A DNA stretch of 64,000 nt from Clostridia bacterium (GTDB lineage: Bacteria; Bacillota; Clostridia; TANB77; CAG-508). The stretch is from contig JAGAKS010000016.1 in assembly GCA_017625465.1 (NCBI GenBank), positions 147,034 to 211,033 on the forward strand, read 5' to 3'. Position numbers and translations under genes: made by a program. The notes below the pieces were generated by a model, which had not been told where the DNA came from, made no database searches, and saw only the letters and a program-made list of their open reading frames with translations. Below are positions 19,982-29,574 of the stretch, one piece after another; position 1 is the first letter of the stretch, and every line of letters starts with the position of its first letter.

Positions 19982-21190
19982 TTAATGACAACCGCTACAG
20001 TTTCCTCCGCATTTACTTGCATATTTGCAAGTTGCCTTTTCTTTCTTTTCCATTTTTCTCAACTTATCTACTACTTCTACTAAAACATCTAATGTATAGT
20101 CAATTTCTTCTTTCGTATTATATTTTCCGATTGAAATTCTAAGTGTTCCTTTAGCAAGCTCATAAGGTATTTCCATTGCTAAAAGCACATGTGATGGTTC
20201 TAATGAACCTGATATACAAACACTACCATTTGAAACACAAATGTCTTTTTCTGCTAAACTATTAATTAAATCTTCGGCATCAATGTCATAAAAAGATACA
20301 TTTACATTTCCTGGTACTCTTTCACTCGCATCACCATTAATTTTTATGCTTTTAATTCTTTTTTGAATTTCTTTTATACAATAATCTTTAAGTTGTATTA
20401 TTTTTGGTATATTTTGGTCAAATTCTTCGTAAGCAAGCTCAATAGCTCTGCCCATTCCAACTATTGCTGGAACATTTTCAGTTCCTGCTCTCTTATTTCT
20501 TTCTTGATTACCACCAACTTGCATTTTTTTAAACTTAAGACCTTTTCTAACATATAATGCACCAACACCTTTTGGTCCGTAAAATTTATGTGCCGATATT
20601 GATAAACTATCAATTTTTTGTGCTTTTACATCTATTTTTATATTTCCTATTGCTTGTACACTGTCTGTATGAAAAAATATGCCATTTTCTCTTGCAATTT
20701 GACCAATCTCACTTATTGGTTGAATTGCACCCATTTCGTTATTTGCATACATTATTGTAATTAAAATAGTTTTATCTGTAATAGAATCTTCTAATTTTTC
20801 TAAATTAATTATTCCATTTTCGTCTACGTCTAAATAAGTAACTTCAAATCCTTCATTTTCTAATTGTCTGCAAGTTTCTAAAACAACAGGATGTTCAATT
20901 CTTGTTGTAATTATATGATTTCCTCTTCTTCTATAACTATATGCCAAGCCTCTAATTGCTGTAATATTGCTTTCTGTACCTCCAGAAGTAAAATAAATTT
21001 CAGAAGGATCTGCATTTATGGCTTTTGCAACTTTTTCTCGTGCTACTTCTATTGCTTGTCTAGCGTTTTTTCCTAAACTATACACACTTGAAGGATTTCC
21101 ATATTCCTCCATAAAATATGGCATCATTTCTTTAAAAACACGCTCATCTAATTTTGTAGTTGCTGCATTATCTAAATAAATTCTTTCCAT
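19982..21190 (-). CDS. Cysteine desulfurase of the NifS/IscS class V aminotransferase type, with a Cys-rich C-terminal tail (CKYASKCGGNCSGCH).
   Basis: A PLP-lysine region (SAHKFYGPKG) and a catalytic Cys loop (SNGSVCISG) are present. Confidence 0.85.
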   Translation of the reverse strand: MERIYLDNAATTKLDERVFKEMMPYFMEEYGNPSSVYSLGKNARQAIEVAREKVAKAINADPSEIYFTSGGTESNITAIRGLAYSYRRRGNHIITTRIEHPVVLETCRQLENEGFEVTYLDVDENGIINLEKLEDSITDKTILITIMYANNEMGAIQPISEIGQIARENGIFFHTDSVQAIGNIKIDVKAQKIDSLSISAHKFYGPKGVGALYVRKGLKFKKMQVGGNQERNKRAGTENVPAIVGMGRAIELAYEEFDQNIPKIIQLKDYCIKEIQKRIKSIKINGDASERVPGNVNVSFYDIDAEDLINSLAEKDICVSNGSVCISGSLEPSHVLLAMEIPYELAKGTLRISIGKYNTKEEIDYTLDVLVEVVDKLRKMEKKEKATCKYASKCGGNCSGCH

Positions 21191-21201
21191 CTTATTCCTC
21201 T

Positions 21202-22239
21202 CTATTTATAAAAATCTTTATATATTAAACTAACATCAACTTGTCTTGGAACAACTCTACCTACACCAATTTCTGTAAATTGCCAAGCTATCATTTTACT
21301 CATCAATTCTTCATTTTCAGTAGGTTCTTGTTCTTCTAATTCTGAATACCAATAATTAGGTATTTTAGTAGTATTATCTATATAGTAAGCTAACCAAAAT
21401 TTTGTAGGAATTGTTCCTAAAAATTCATTTGCTACTTTTGCATTACTATATACAATTGTTTTTAAACCTTTTTGCTCCATTTTTTGTATAAGCTCTGTTA
21501 CTAAAATTGCTCTTTCTTCCCAAATTCCATTTGCTCTACCTCCTGCATCATGCTTTTCAACATCTATAGCTATTGGTAAAATATTATTTTTGTATTTGTT
21601 TTCTTTTAAGAAATCTTCCACGAATTTAATTTCTTCATCTATTTCTTCACTATTTAAGGCCTCATCTAAAAAATATATTCCAAATGGTATATCTAAAAAT
21701 TCACAAGCATCAGCCCAAGTTTGAAATTCAGGGTCTGTATAGAAATTTCCTTTTTCTCCATACCCTCTACCACCTGCTCTTATATAAACATACGTAATAT
21801 TGCTATTTATTAAAAAAGCAGCCATTTCTCCACCTGTATCAAAATTTTTCCCTTTATTGAATTTTGATAAATCTACCATCAAAACTTTTTCTTCATCACT
21901 TGCTTTATAGTAACCTAATGTAGAAGTTAATACATATCCAATTTTATTGTTTATTACTACCTTAGACCACTCTATATTTGTTTTTTCATCAACAAAATCT
22001 TCTAAAACATATACTAAAGTACCTATTGGTAATTCTCTACGAATTTTTACATTTTCCGTTTTAGGTTTTTTATAAAAATCAGCATTTTCTACAATTGTTA
22101 CTGAATGTTTAGCATTAGATACATCAATTGTTCTATTTAAATATTTTACTATTCCAAAAATAAGCAATGATATAGTAAATATTACTATTGCTACAATAAT
22201 TATTAAAATACTTTTTTTATTCAACATATTATTCTCCAT
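21202..22239 (-). CDS. Membrane-anchored GH25 muramidase (lysozyme).
   Basis: An N-terminal TM anchor is followed by a GH25-like catalytic region (DVS...W..Y). Confidence 0.6.
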   Translation of the reverse strand: MENNMLNKKSILIIIVAIVIFTISLLIFGIVKYLNRTIDVSNAKHSVTIVENADFYKKPKTENVKIRRELPIGTLVYVLEDFVDEKTNIEWSKVVINNKIGYVLTSTLGYYKASDEEKVLMVDLSKFNKGKNFDTGGEMAAFLINSNITYVYIRAGGRGYGEKGNFYTDPEFQTWADACEFLDIPFGIYFLDEALNSEEIDEEIKFVEDFLKENKYKNNILPIAIDVEKHDAGGRANGIWEERAILVTELIQKMEQKGLKTIVYSNAKVANEFLGTIPTKFWLAYYIDNTTKIPNYWYSELEEQEPTENEELMSKMIAWQFTEIGVGRVVPRQVDVSLIYKDFYK

Positions 22240-22304
22240 CTATCGTTAGTTCAATTTCTATGATAACATAATATAACAAAAAAAGAAAGTATCTACTTTC
22301 TTTT

Positions 22305-23660
22305 TTAATATATTTCTAATTGTTGTCTAAACAATTCATTAGCTGTTGTATATAAATTCAAATCTTCATTATTCATCAAAATATTTCTTATATTCCAAAG
22401 TCCTAATCCGTGCTCTTTAGAAGAATCTTCCTTTGAAGTATAACCCTTTTCAAATATTTTATCTAAATCTATATTTTTATTATTATAACTGTTTTCTATT
22501 ATAATTAATTTTCTATCAACTTTGGAATCTTGCATAAATTTTACATTGATTATTTTATTCTCTGTATCTTTAGCAGCTTCAATAGCATTATCTAGTAATA
22601 TTCCTAAAATTCTACATATTTCATAATTGTTTTCACATTTTTCTTCTATTTTTGTTAAAACTTCAATATTCATATTAACACTTTGTTCTTTTGCCAAATA
22701 ATATTTATTTGTAACAATACTATAAATCGCAGAATTTTGTATGATTTTAGGATCTAATATTTCCATTTTATTTACTTTAACACAATCCTCTAAAATTGCT
22801 TTACTCATATTTCTGATACCATCAATATTTTCTGCTTCAACATAACCATCTAGCGCCATTACAAAATTAGAAAAGTCATGCTTAAAACCTCTTATACTAT
22901 CATACATAATTGATAAAGTTTTATTATACACTTCTAATGAATGTATTTTTAATTCTTGAGATTCTACCATATTTATTTTTAAAACATTTTGCATACAAAT
23001 ATATATGTATAACATAATATTTAATAAAATTACTGTATATAAAATATCGTGTTTAATGTTCAATAATTGAAATTCTGTAAGAATAGTTAAAAGCATTCCA
23101 ATAGCTGAAATTATATAGATACTATGTCTGCTCTTCCAATTTAGATGATTACTTAAAAATATATGAACTTTCTTTTTTATTAAGACAAAAAGAATTAGTG
23201 CTCTTACTATCATAATAGAAATTTTTAGGCAAAATGTAAACTTAAAATTATATATTCCTTCTATATAATTAGAAACATCATCAAAACATTCAAATAAACA
23301 TTTTGCTAATATACTTTCAACAGTTATTAAAATAACAACATTTAATGTTTCACATAATGCACATTTTTCTGGTGACTGTTTAAAAAATATTTTGGCTACC
23401 GAGAAAGTTATTATAAAACACAAAATTTTATTAAAAGGTGATGGAACTATTAAAAATATTATAAAATGAACTATACCTAATACCGATACAATACTTAAAA
23501 TTTTCTTTTTACTTACCTTTATATTGAATAATTGTATAAAAAGCAATATATCCATTAACGAAGATATAACTGCATAAGACAAATCTAAAATTAACCATTC
23601 TGGCCAACATACCCAAAAATTGCCAATATCTCTATTCTTTAAAAAAGCATCTCCCAACAT
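22305..23660 (-). CDS. AgrC/ComD-like (HPK10) membrane sensor histidine kinase of the GHKL type.
   Basis: A polytopic N-terminal half is followed by a C-terminal N-box (LGILLDNAIEAA) and G-box (GLGLWNI). No LytTR regulator or AgrB/AgrD gene is adjacent. Confidence 0.7.
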   Translation of the reverse strand: MLGDAFLKNRDIGNFWVCWPEWLILDLSYAVISSLMDILLFIQLFNIKVSKKKILSIVSVLGIVHFIIFLIVPSPFNKILCFIITFSVAKIFFKQSPEKCALCETLNVVILITVESILAKCLFECFDDVSNYIEGIYNFKFTFCLKISIMIVRALILFVLIKKKVHIFLSNHLNWKSRHSIYIISAIGMLLTILTEFQLLNIKHDILYTVILLNIMLYIYICMQNVLKINMVESQELKIHSLEVYNKTLSIMYDSIRGFKHDFSNFVMALDGYVEAENIDGIRNMSKAILEDCVKVNKMEILDPKIIQNSAIYSIVTNKYYLAKEQSVNMNIEVLTKIEEKCENNYEICRILGILLDNAIEAAKDTENKIINVKFMQDSKVDRKLIIIENSYNNKNIDLDKIFEKGYTSKEDSSKEHGLGLWNIRNILMNNEDLNLYTTANELFRQQLEIY

Positions 23661-23776
23661 GTTTTATACACCTCTCTATTTTGTACCATATTATTTTAAT
23701 TTATTTCTGTTATGAAATCAATAAAAAAAGTACAAAATAATTCGACAAAAAATGAGTTTTCGTTTTTACTTAATAT

Positions 23777-24241
23777 TTAAAATGGATCAATTTCAAATTC
23801 AATATCTTCTTTACTGAGAATATCGGCATAAACATCTGCTCTTGTATTTTCTTTATCTGACAATATTCCTAGACTAATGATGTTGTTTCCAGCTTCATAA
23901 TCCTCAAAAATACACTTACCCTCTATTTCATCTTCATTTCCAAAATCTATATTTGTAATAAATTGGTGTCCTTCTCCAGTCTTAGTAAATATAATATTGT
24001 TGTATTTTATTTTATCGTCTGATATTCTTTCATATTTCATTTTTTCAATTATTTTTCCTATGTATATAAGTTGATCATCTGGAATTATAACTAAAACTTT
24101 ATCATTATTTAATTCACATTTTACATACGATACTGTTTCATCTTCTTCTATTGAATACCATGTTTTAGTTTCTACTATATACTCTTCACCTTTAATAATG
24201 ATTTGAGTATTTTTATTTAATTTACTTATTAAATTTTCCAT
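23777..24241 (-). CDS. Hypothetical acidic protein of 154 aa.
   Basis: It is an ORF only. No motif was recognised. Confidence 0.4.
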   Translation of the reverse strand: MENLISKLNKNTQIIIKGEEYIVETKTWYSIEEDETVSYVKCELNNDKVLVIIPDDQLIYIGKIIEKMKYERISDDKIKYNNIIFTKTGEGHQFITNIDFGNEDEIEGKCIFEDYEAGNNIISLGILSDKENTRADVYADILSKEDIEFEIDPF

Positions 24242-24305
24242 TTTTTTCTCCTTTTGGGTTCATATGATATATTGAAATATCTACTTTGAAATTCAGTAAA
24301 TATGC

Positions 24306-25664
24306 CTAATTCTTTAGTTCCAGACAAGTTACAACTTCGCAATGATGCGTAAAAGGAAACATATCACATATAGCAACTTTTTCTAAATTATATTGTTCTT
24401 CTAGATATTTTAAATCTCTAGCTAAAGTAGCAGGATTACAACTTACATAAACAATTCTACTAGGTAAGACTTGTAATAATGTATCTAATGCTACTTTATC
24501 ACAACCTTTTCGTGGCGGATCTATAAAAACAACATCTGCTGATAAATTTCTAGTTTTCACAAGTTCTGGTAAAACTTTTTCAACATCTCCTGCAAAAAAC
24601 TCACTATTTTTAATATTATTTATTTTAGCATTTTCTTTTGCATCTTCAATAGCCTCTGGAATAGTTTCAATTCCATATATTTTTTTGACATTATCTGAGG
24701 CAAAAATACCTATAGTTCCTATTCCACAATACAAGTCAAATATTGTCTCTTTCCCCGTTAAATTTGCATATTCTACAGCTTTAGAATACAATTTTTCAGT
24801 TTGAACAGGATTTACTTGATAAAATGAAAGTGGCGAAATTTTAAATTTTTTGTTACCTAAAAAATCATATATATATCCATCACCATAAATAATTTCTGTT
24901 TTATCTCCTAAAATAACATTAGTATTTTTATTATTAATATTTTTGGCAATCGTTTTAATATCCGGATACTTAGATGTTAAAAATTCGACTAACTCTTTTT
25001 CTTTAGGAATATCTTGCATATTAGTAACAAGTGTTACCATTGTCTCATTAGTCTTTTTTCCTTCTCGGATGATTATATGTCTTATACTTCCAGTTAAAGT
25101 TTGTTCGTTATAAACAGGTATATTTTTGTCAATCACAAATTCATAGATAGAATTAGCAATATCTTGAGAACGTTTGTCTTGAATTTTACATTCTTTCGTT
25201 TCTATTATTTTATGAGTTCTAGCCGCATATACTCCCATAACTGCTCTACCATCTTCCGAAACGCCAACCGGATATTGTAACTTATTTCTATAATTATATG
25301 GACTTTCCATTTTTATTACAGAATCAACTTCAACTTTTCTTCCAAGAGCCTTTGATACGGTATTTTCGACTGATATTTTTTTCATATCTATTGTAAAATC
25401 ATAATCTATATGTCTTAATGAGCATCCGCCACATAATCTAGCAGTTTCGCAATCTTCTTCTTTTCTATGTGTAGATTTTTGGGTAATTTCAATTATTTTG
25501 CCAAAAGCATGAGAAGATAACACCTTTAATATTTTAATTTTAACTACTTCACCTTTTATTGAATTAGGAATAAAAACAGGAATACCATCCAACTTAGCAA
25601 TTCCTTCACCTTGAAATCCATTATCTATAATATTTACAACATATTCTTCGTTTTTCTTTAACAT
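24306..25664 (-). CDS. rlmD: 23S rRNA (uracil-C5)-methyltransferase, RlmD/RumA family.
   Basis: An N-terminal TRAM domain, the Fe-S Cys cluster CGGCSLRH and a C-terminal SAM MTase fold with a catalytic Cys are present. Confidence 0.85.
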   Translation of the reverse strand: MLKKNEEYVVNIIDNGFQGEGIAKLDGIPVFIPNSIKGEVVKIKILKVLSSHAFGKIIEITQKSTHRKEEDCETARLCGGCSLRHIDYDFTIDMKKISVENTVSKALGRKVEVDSVIKMESPYNYRNKLQYPVGVSEDGRAVMGVYAARTHKIIETKECKIQDKRSQDIANSIYEFVIDKNIPVYNEQTLTGSIRHIIIREGKKTNETMVTLVTNMQDIPKEKELVEFLTSKYPDIKTIAKNINNKNTNVILGDKTEIIYGDGYIYDFLGNKKFKISPLSFYQVNPVQTEKLYSKAVEYANLTGKETIFDLYCGIGTIGIFASDNVKKIYGIETIPEAIEDAKENAKINNIKNSEFFAGDVEKVLPELVKTRNLSADVVFIDPPRKGCDKVALDTLLQVLPSRIVYVSCNPATLARDLKYLEEQYNLEKVAICDMFPFTHHCEVVTCLELKN

Positions 25665-25762
25665 AACTATCTCCTATTTTACTAACTTTAATATTATATC
25701 ATTAAGTTACTAAAAAGTCACTAATTTTGTCAAAAAAGAAGGATTTCAAGACATGGAAAAAT

Positions 25763-25791
25763 TTGACCGTATAAGCAATTTGTGATATAAT
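25763..25791 (+). promoter_or_regulatory. Near-consensus sigma-A promoter with an extended -10 element (TTGACC, 17 nt, TGATATAAT).
   Basis: TTGACC lies at 25763-25768, followed by an exact 17-nt spacer, a TG at -15/-14 and TATAAT at 25786-25791. Confidence 0.7.
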
Positions 25792-25920
25792 TATATTGTA
25801 CATATTTATTATTCATTACCCATTAAGGGGCTTAACCTAGCTTGTGCATTTTAGCTTTTTTATAACTTGAATATGTACAGTACAATATAGGTTGAGTAAC
25901 GTTTGAAAGGAGTCTTATTT

Positions 25921-26508
25921 ATGACAACACGTATTTGGTTAGACACAGTGGTACTTGCAGCGCTTGATGACGCAAAAGAGGTTCTTGAACGGCTGATTGC
26001 TGAAGGTAAGCAGTTGGTTATCGCCAACACCGCTCTGGACGTCAGAGTCTTTCAGGAGAACATCGATTGGTTTGAGGATCAGCTGGCTGAAGGCAAGATC
26101 AACATCGAAATCTGGAACACTCCGGACGAGATGGTTAGCAAAGAATTCTTCTGGAGTTCTTGCAACATGACATCTGAGCCTTCAACGGATCTGTATGAAG
26201 CAGTCGAAGACTTCCCGAATAAGGAAGCAATCCTGGACATCGCAGATCTGATTTCCGTTTATGGCATGCCGAAAGGTGATTGGGTTATGGGTCCTTGGAC
26301 ACCGCCTGCACCTTTAAGCCCTGAAATTGCCGAAGAGCTTGGAATCTCCACAGCTAGCACCAGAACTGAAGTTCTCGATGCAGCCATGAGCCAGAACAGA
26401 TTTGACCTCTTCAACATCTACAATACCGGCTATTGCACCGGTTTGGCTACGCAGCACAACTGCGACGCCCTACTCAATGTAGATGGCTCCATTACAGAGA
26501 TCGAGTAA
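25921..26508 (+). CDS. Compositionally foreign gene encoding a 195-aa acidic cytoplasmic protein of unknown function (MTTRIWLDTVVLAALDDAKEVLERLIAEGKQLVIANTALD...).
   Basis: Two 60-nt hand counts give 27/60 and 31/60 G+C, against 11/60 in the adjacent native sequence. Codons such as CTG, CCG and GGC are typical of higher-GC genomes. A consensus RBS AAAGGAG lies 8 nt before the ATG. The ORF-track start at 25903 is a TTG that lies within the RBS. Confidence 0.75.
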   Translation: MTTRIWLDTVVLAALDDAKEVLERLIAEGKQLVIANTALDVRVFQENIDWFEDQLAEGKINIEIWNTPDEMVSKEFFWSSCNMTSEPSTDLYEAVEDFPNKEAILDIADLISVYGMPKGDWVMGPWTPPAPLSPEIAEELGISTASTRTEVLDAAMSQNRFDLFNIYNTGYCTGLATQHNCDALLNVDGSITEIE

Positions 26509-26540
26509 GCAATTACTTTATCTGTAGCAAACACAAAATA

Positions 26541-26577
26541 CTCCCCGGACGCTATGTCTGGGGAGTGTTCTTTTTTA
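26541..26577 (+). terminator. Strong rho-independent terminator with a GC-rich stem (CTCCCCGGAC-GCTAT-GTCTGGGGAG) and a T-run.
   Basis: A 10-bp stem with one G-U pair is followed by TGTTCTTTTTT. It may also serve rnr from the opposite strand. Confidence 0.8.
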
Positions 26578-28545
26578 TATTGTTTCATCTGTTTCTGTTA
26601 CCAATTCAAATGCAATTTTTCTAATTAACTTGTTAGCCTCAATAACTCGAATTTTTACCTTATCACCAATCTTAAATACTCTATTTGTTTTTTCTCCAAC
26701 TAAGTTTTTTCTATTTTCATCATAAATATAATATTCATTAGCGCCCATGTTTTCAAATCGAATTAAACCTTCAACCGTACTTTCAAGCTCAACAAACATA
26801 CCAAAGCTTGTAATAGAAGATACTATTCCATCAAATTCTTGTCCAATCTTATCTTCCATAAATTCTGCTTTTTTAATATCTTCTGCCTCACGCTCAGCTT
26901 TTGTTGCAAGCTTCTCACAATCAGAAGATGTTTCTGCATATTTTATAGCTTTTCCTTTTAGCTCTTGCAATCTGTTTTCACTAAGATTATAACCATGCTC
27001 AATATATTCAGAAATAACTCTATGAATAAATAAATCTGGATATCTTCTAATTGGCGAAGTAAAATGACAATAATAGTTACTTGCTATACCAAAATGACCT
27101 TTATTTTCAGCTTCATATCTAGCTATTTTTAAAGTTCTAAGTATTAGTGTTGAAATTACTTTTTCATATTCTGTATCTTTAATTTTATCTAGCACTTCTG
27201 AAAAAGCTTTTGGTCTAATATTATCTTTACTCGCTTTAATTTTATAACCAATATTGAATAAAAATTTATTTGTTTCGTTGATTTTATCTAAATCTGGCTC
27301 TTCATGCACCCTATAAATAAACGGAGCTTCTAACCAATAGAATTTTTCTGCAATAACTTCATTGGCAGTAAGCATAAATTGTTCTATAATTTCGTTTGCA
27401 AAATTCAATTCATATTTTTTTACTTCTATTGCTTTTCCATTTTTATCTAAAACAATTTTACTTTCTGCTATATCTAAATTCAAATAACCTTGTTTTAAGC
27501 GTCTATCTTTCAAAATATGAGCTAATTCTTCCATATCTTTAAAACAAGATATATATTTTTCATATTTTTTAACTACTTCTTTATCTGAATTTGTAATTAT
27601 TTTATAAACATCAGAGTAACTCATTCTTTCAGTTACTCTTATAACAGATTTACAAACATCTGAAGAAATAACATTTCCGTTACCATCAATTTCCATTATA
27701 CATGAAAGTGCAAATCTATCTTCTCCTGCATTTAAGCTACATATTCCATTAGAAAGTTCAAAAGGAAGCATTGGTATAACTCTATCAAACATATATACAC
27801 TTGTACCTCTTTTTACTGCCTCTTTATCTAATACAGAATCTTCTTTTACATAGTAACTAACATCTGCAATATGAACTTCTAAGACGTATGTTCCATCTGC
27901 AGTCTTTTGAACAAAAACAGCATCATCTAAATCTTTGGCATCTTCTCCATCAATAGTAAAAATTGGATGAATATCTCTAAAATCTCTTCTGTTTTTAATA
28001 TCTTTTTTATTTATTTTTTGAGGTATTCCCATTGCTTCTAAAGTAACTGGTAAAGGAAATTCATTTGGCAAAGAAAATTCTTTTATAACACTTAGCATAT
28101 CTACACCAGCTAAGTCTATATTTCCTAGCACTTCTACAATTTCACCCTCTGCATTTTTGCCTTTTTCTGGATATTTTGTAATTTTAGCCACAACTTTATC
28201 ATTATCTCTGGCATTTAAGCATTTATTTTTTGAAATAAAAATATCTGTATCAAATCGTTTATCATCTGGCACAACAAATCCAAAATTTCTACTTTTTTGA
28301 AAAATTCCTACTACAGTATCTTTATCTCTTTTTAATATTTTAACTATTTTTCCTTCTGCTCGTCTTTCTTTAGTTTTAGGTCTAAAAATATTTATTTGAA
28401 CAGTATCTCCGTTTAAAGCTCCATTAACACTTTTAGATGGTATAAACACATCTTCCATTTCTTCGCTTTCAAATTCTACAAAGCCATATCCTTTTTCATT
28501 GGCTCTAAAAATGCCTTCATATTTTCTTTTTTTCTTATTTCCCAC
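26575..28545 (-). CDS. rnr: Ribonuclease R.
   Basis: N-terminal cold-shock/OB domains, the RNB catalytic domain and a C-terminal S1 domain are present. The arrangement secG-rnr is conserved. Confidence 0.9.
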   Translation of the reverse strand: MGNKKKRKYEGIFRANEKGYGFVEFESEEMEDVFIPSKSVNGALNGDTVQINIFRPKTKERRAEGKIVKILKRDKDTVVGIFQKSRNFGFVVPDDKRFDTDIFISKNKCLNARDNDKVVAKITKYPEKGKNAEGEIVEVLGNIDLAGVDMLSVIKEFSLPNEFPLPVTLEAMGIPQKINKKDIKNRRDFRDIHPIFTIDGEDAKDLDDAVFVQKTADGTYVLEVHIADVSYYVKEDSVLDKEAVKRGTSVYMFDRVIPMLPFELSNGICSLNAGEDRFALSCIMEIDGNGNVISSDVCKSVIRVTERMSYSDVYKIITNSDKEVVKKYEKYISCFKDMEELAHILKDRRLKQGYLNLDIAESKIVLDKNGKAIEVKKYELNFANEIIEQFMLTANEVIAEKFYWLEAPFIYRVHEEPDLDKINETNKFLFNIGYKIKASKDNIRPKAFSEVLDKIKDTEYEKVISTLILRTLKIARYEAENKGHFGIASNYYCHFTSPIRRYPDLFIHRVISEYIEHGYNLSENRLQELKGKAIKYAETSSDCEKLATKAEREAEDIKKAEFMEDKIGQEFDGIVSSITSFGMFVELESTVEGLIRFENMGANEYYIYDENRKNLVGEKTNRVFKIGDKVKIRVIEANKLIRKIAFELVTETDETI

Positions 28546-28607
28546 AATTAATAACCTTTCTAAAAAACAAAAAGGGCTAGCAAATTGCCGCCCCTAAATA
28601 TTTCTAA

Positions 28608-28856
28608 TTAAACAACATAAATAATTCCTAAAGCTACATTTAATATAACAAATACTACTGCAAGTATTATTGTTGCTCTTTTTATTTTTCCTTCTTTAGT
28701 TTTACCTTTATTTTTTTCATAAAAGTTGCTAGCAGAAGCTCCCATAACTGTACCTGATGCTCCACTATCTTCTTTTGATTGTTTAGTTATTAAAAATATT
28801 AGTGCAACACAAACGATTAAATATATTGCAATGATTATATTTTTTACTATTTCCAT
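28608..28856 (-). CDS. secG: Preprotein translocase subunit SecG.
   Basis: An 82-aa protein with two TM helices and a Gly-rich loop. It lies upstream of rnr as in many Firmicutes. Confidence 0.7.
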   Translation of the reverse strand: MEIVKNIIIAIYLIVCVALIFLITKQSKEDSGASGTVMGASASNFYEKNKGKTKEGKIKRATIILAVVFVILNVALGIIYVV

Positions 28857-28941
28857 TTAAAAATTCCTCCAAGACTAATTTTGTCAGCTATTATAGTTTA
28901 CCATAAGAAATTATAAAAATCAATATTTTTACACAAATATT

Positions 28942-29574
28942 TTAAACTTCTACACATTTTACAGCAAGTCTTTCACTTTTATTTGCTGTACAAGTAATCA
29001 ATGTTACTTCTTTCTTTCCATCCGTCATTTGACTTGTACAAGAGGAATCATCTTCACTGATTACATCTTTTGCATACACTTTGTATGACACATCATTACC
29101 TTTTGTATCCATAACTTTAACAATATCACCAATAACAAGGTTTGAAAGTTTGCTAAAATATTTAGAATTACCATAATTATGACCTGCTACACAAAAATTT
29201 CCAACTTCATTTGGATCTGCTCCCCAAAATTTAGTTGGTGCAACCTTTAAATTTTCTGCTGAAGAATCTTTAAGTACTGGATATTTTACTCCTAACTTAT
29301 CTATTGAAATTATAGCTATAATTCTTCCTTGCTTACTATATTTATCAATTTCGTCTAATTCTGTATTATTTTTAACTTCATTTTTGGTAACATTTTCTTT
29401 TGCAGGTGGATTATTAGCAATAGTATTTTCCACTTCTTCTAGTTCTGCATATACTTCTGAATATAAAACTGGATCGTAACCTTCACCAGATTTTATTACT
29501 AAAAAACCTATTCCTGCGCAAACTATTATACTTATTAAAATAACATATATGAAGCTTTTATCGTTTTGTTTCAT
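28942..29574 (-). CDS. Sortase (class A/B-like transpeptidase).
   Basis: An N-terminal TM anchor is followed by the catalytic TLITC motif (KEVTLITCTA) and a downstream Arg. Confidence 0.8.
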   Translation of the reverse strand: MKQNDKSFIYVILISIIVCAGIGFLVIKSGEGYDPVLYSEVYAELEEVENTIANNPPAKENVTKNEVKNNTELDEIDKYSKQGRIIAIISIDKLGVKYPVLKDSSAENLKVAPTKFWGADPNEVGNFCVAGHNYGNSKYFSKLSNLVIGDIVKVMDTKGNDVSYKVYAKDVISEDDSSCTSQMTDGKKEVTLITCTANKSERLAVKCVEV

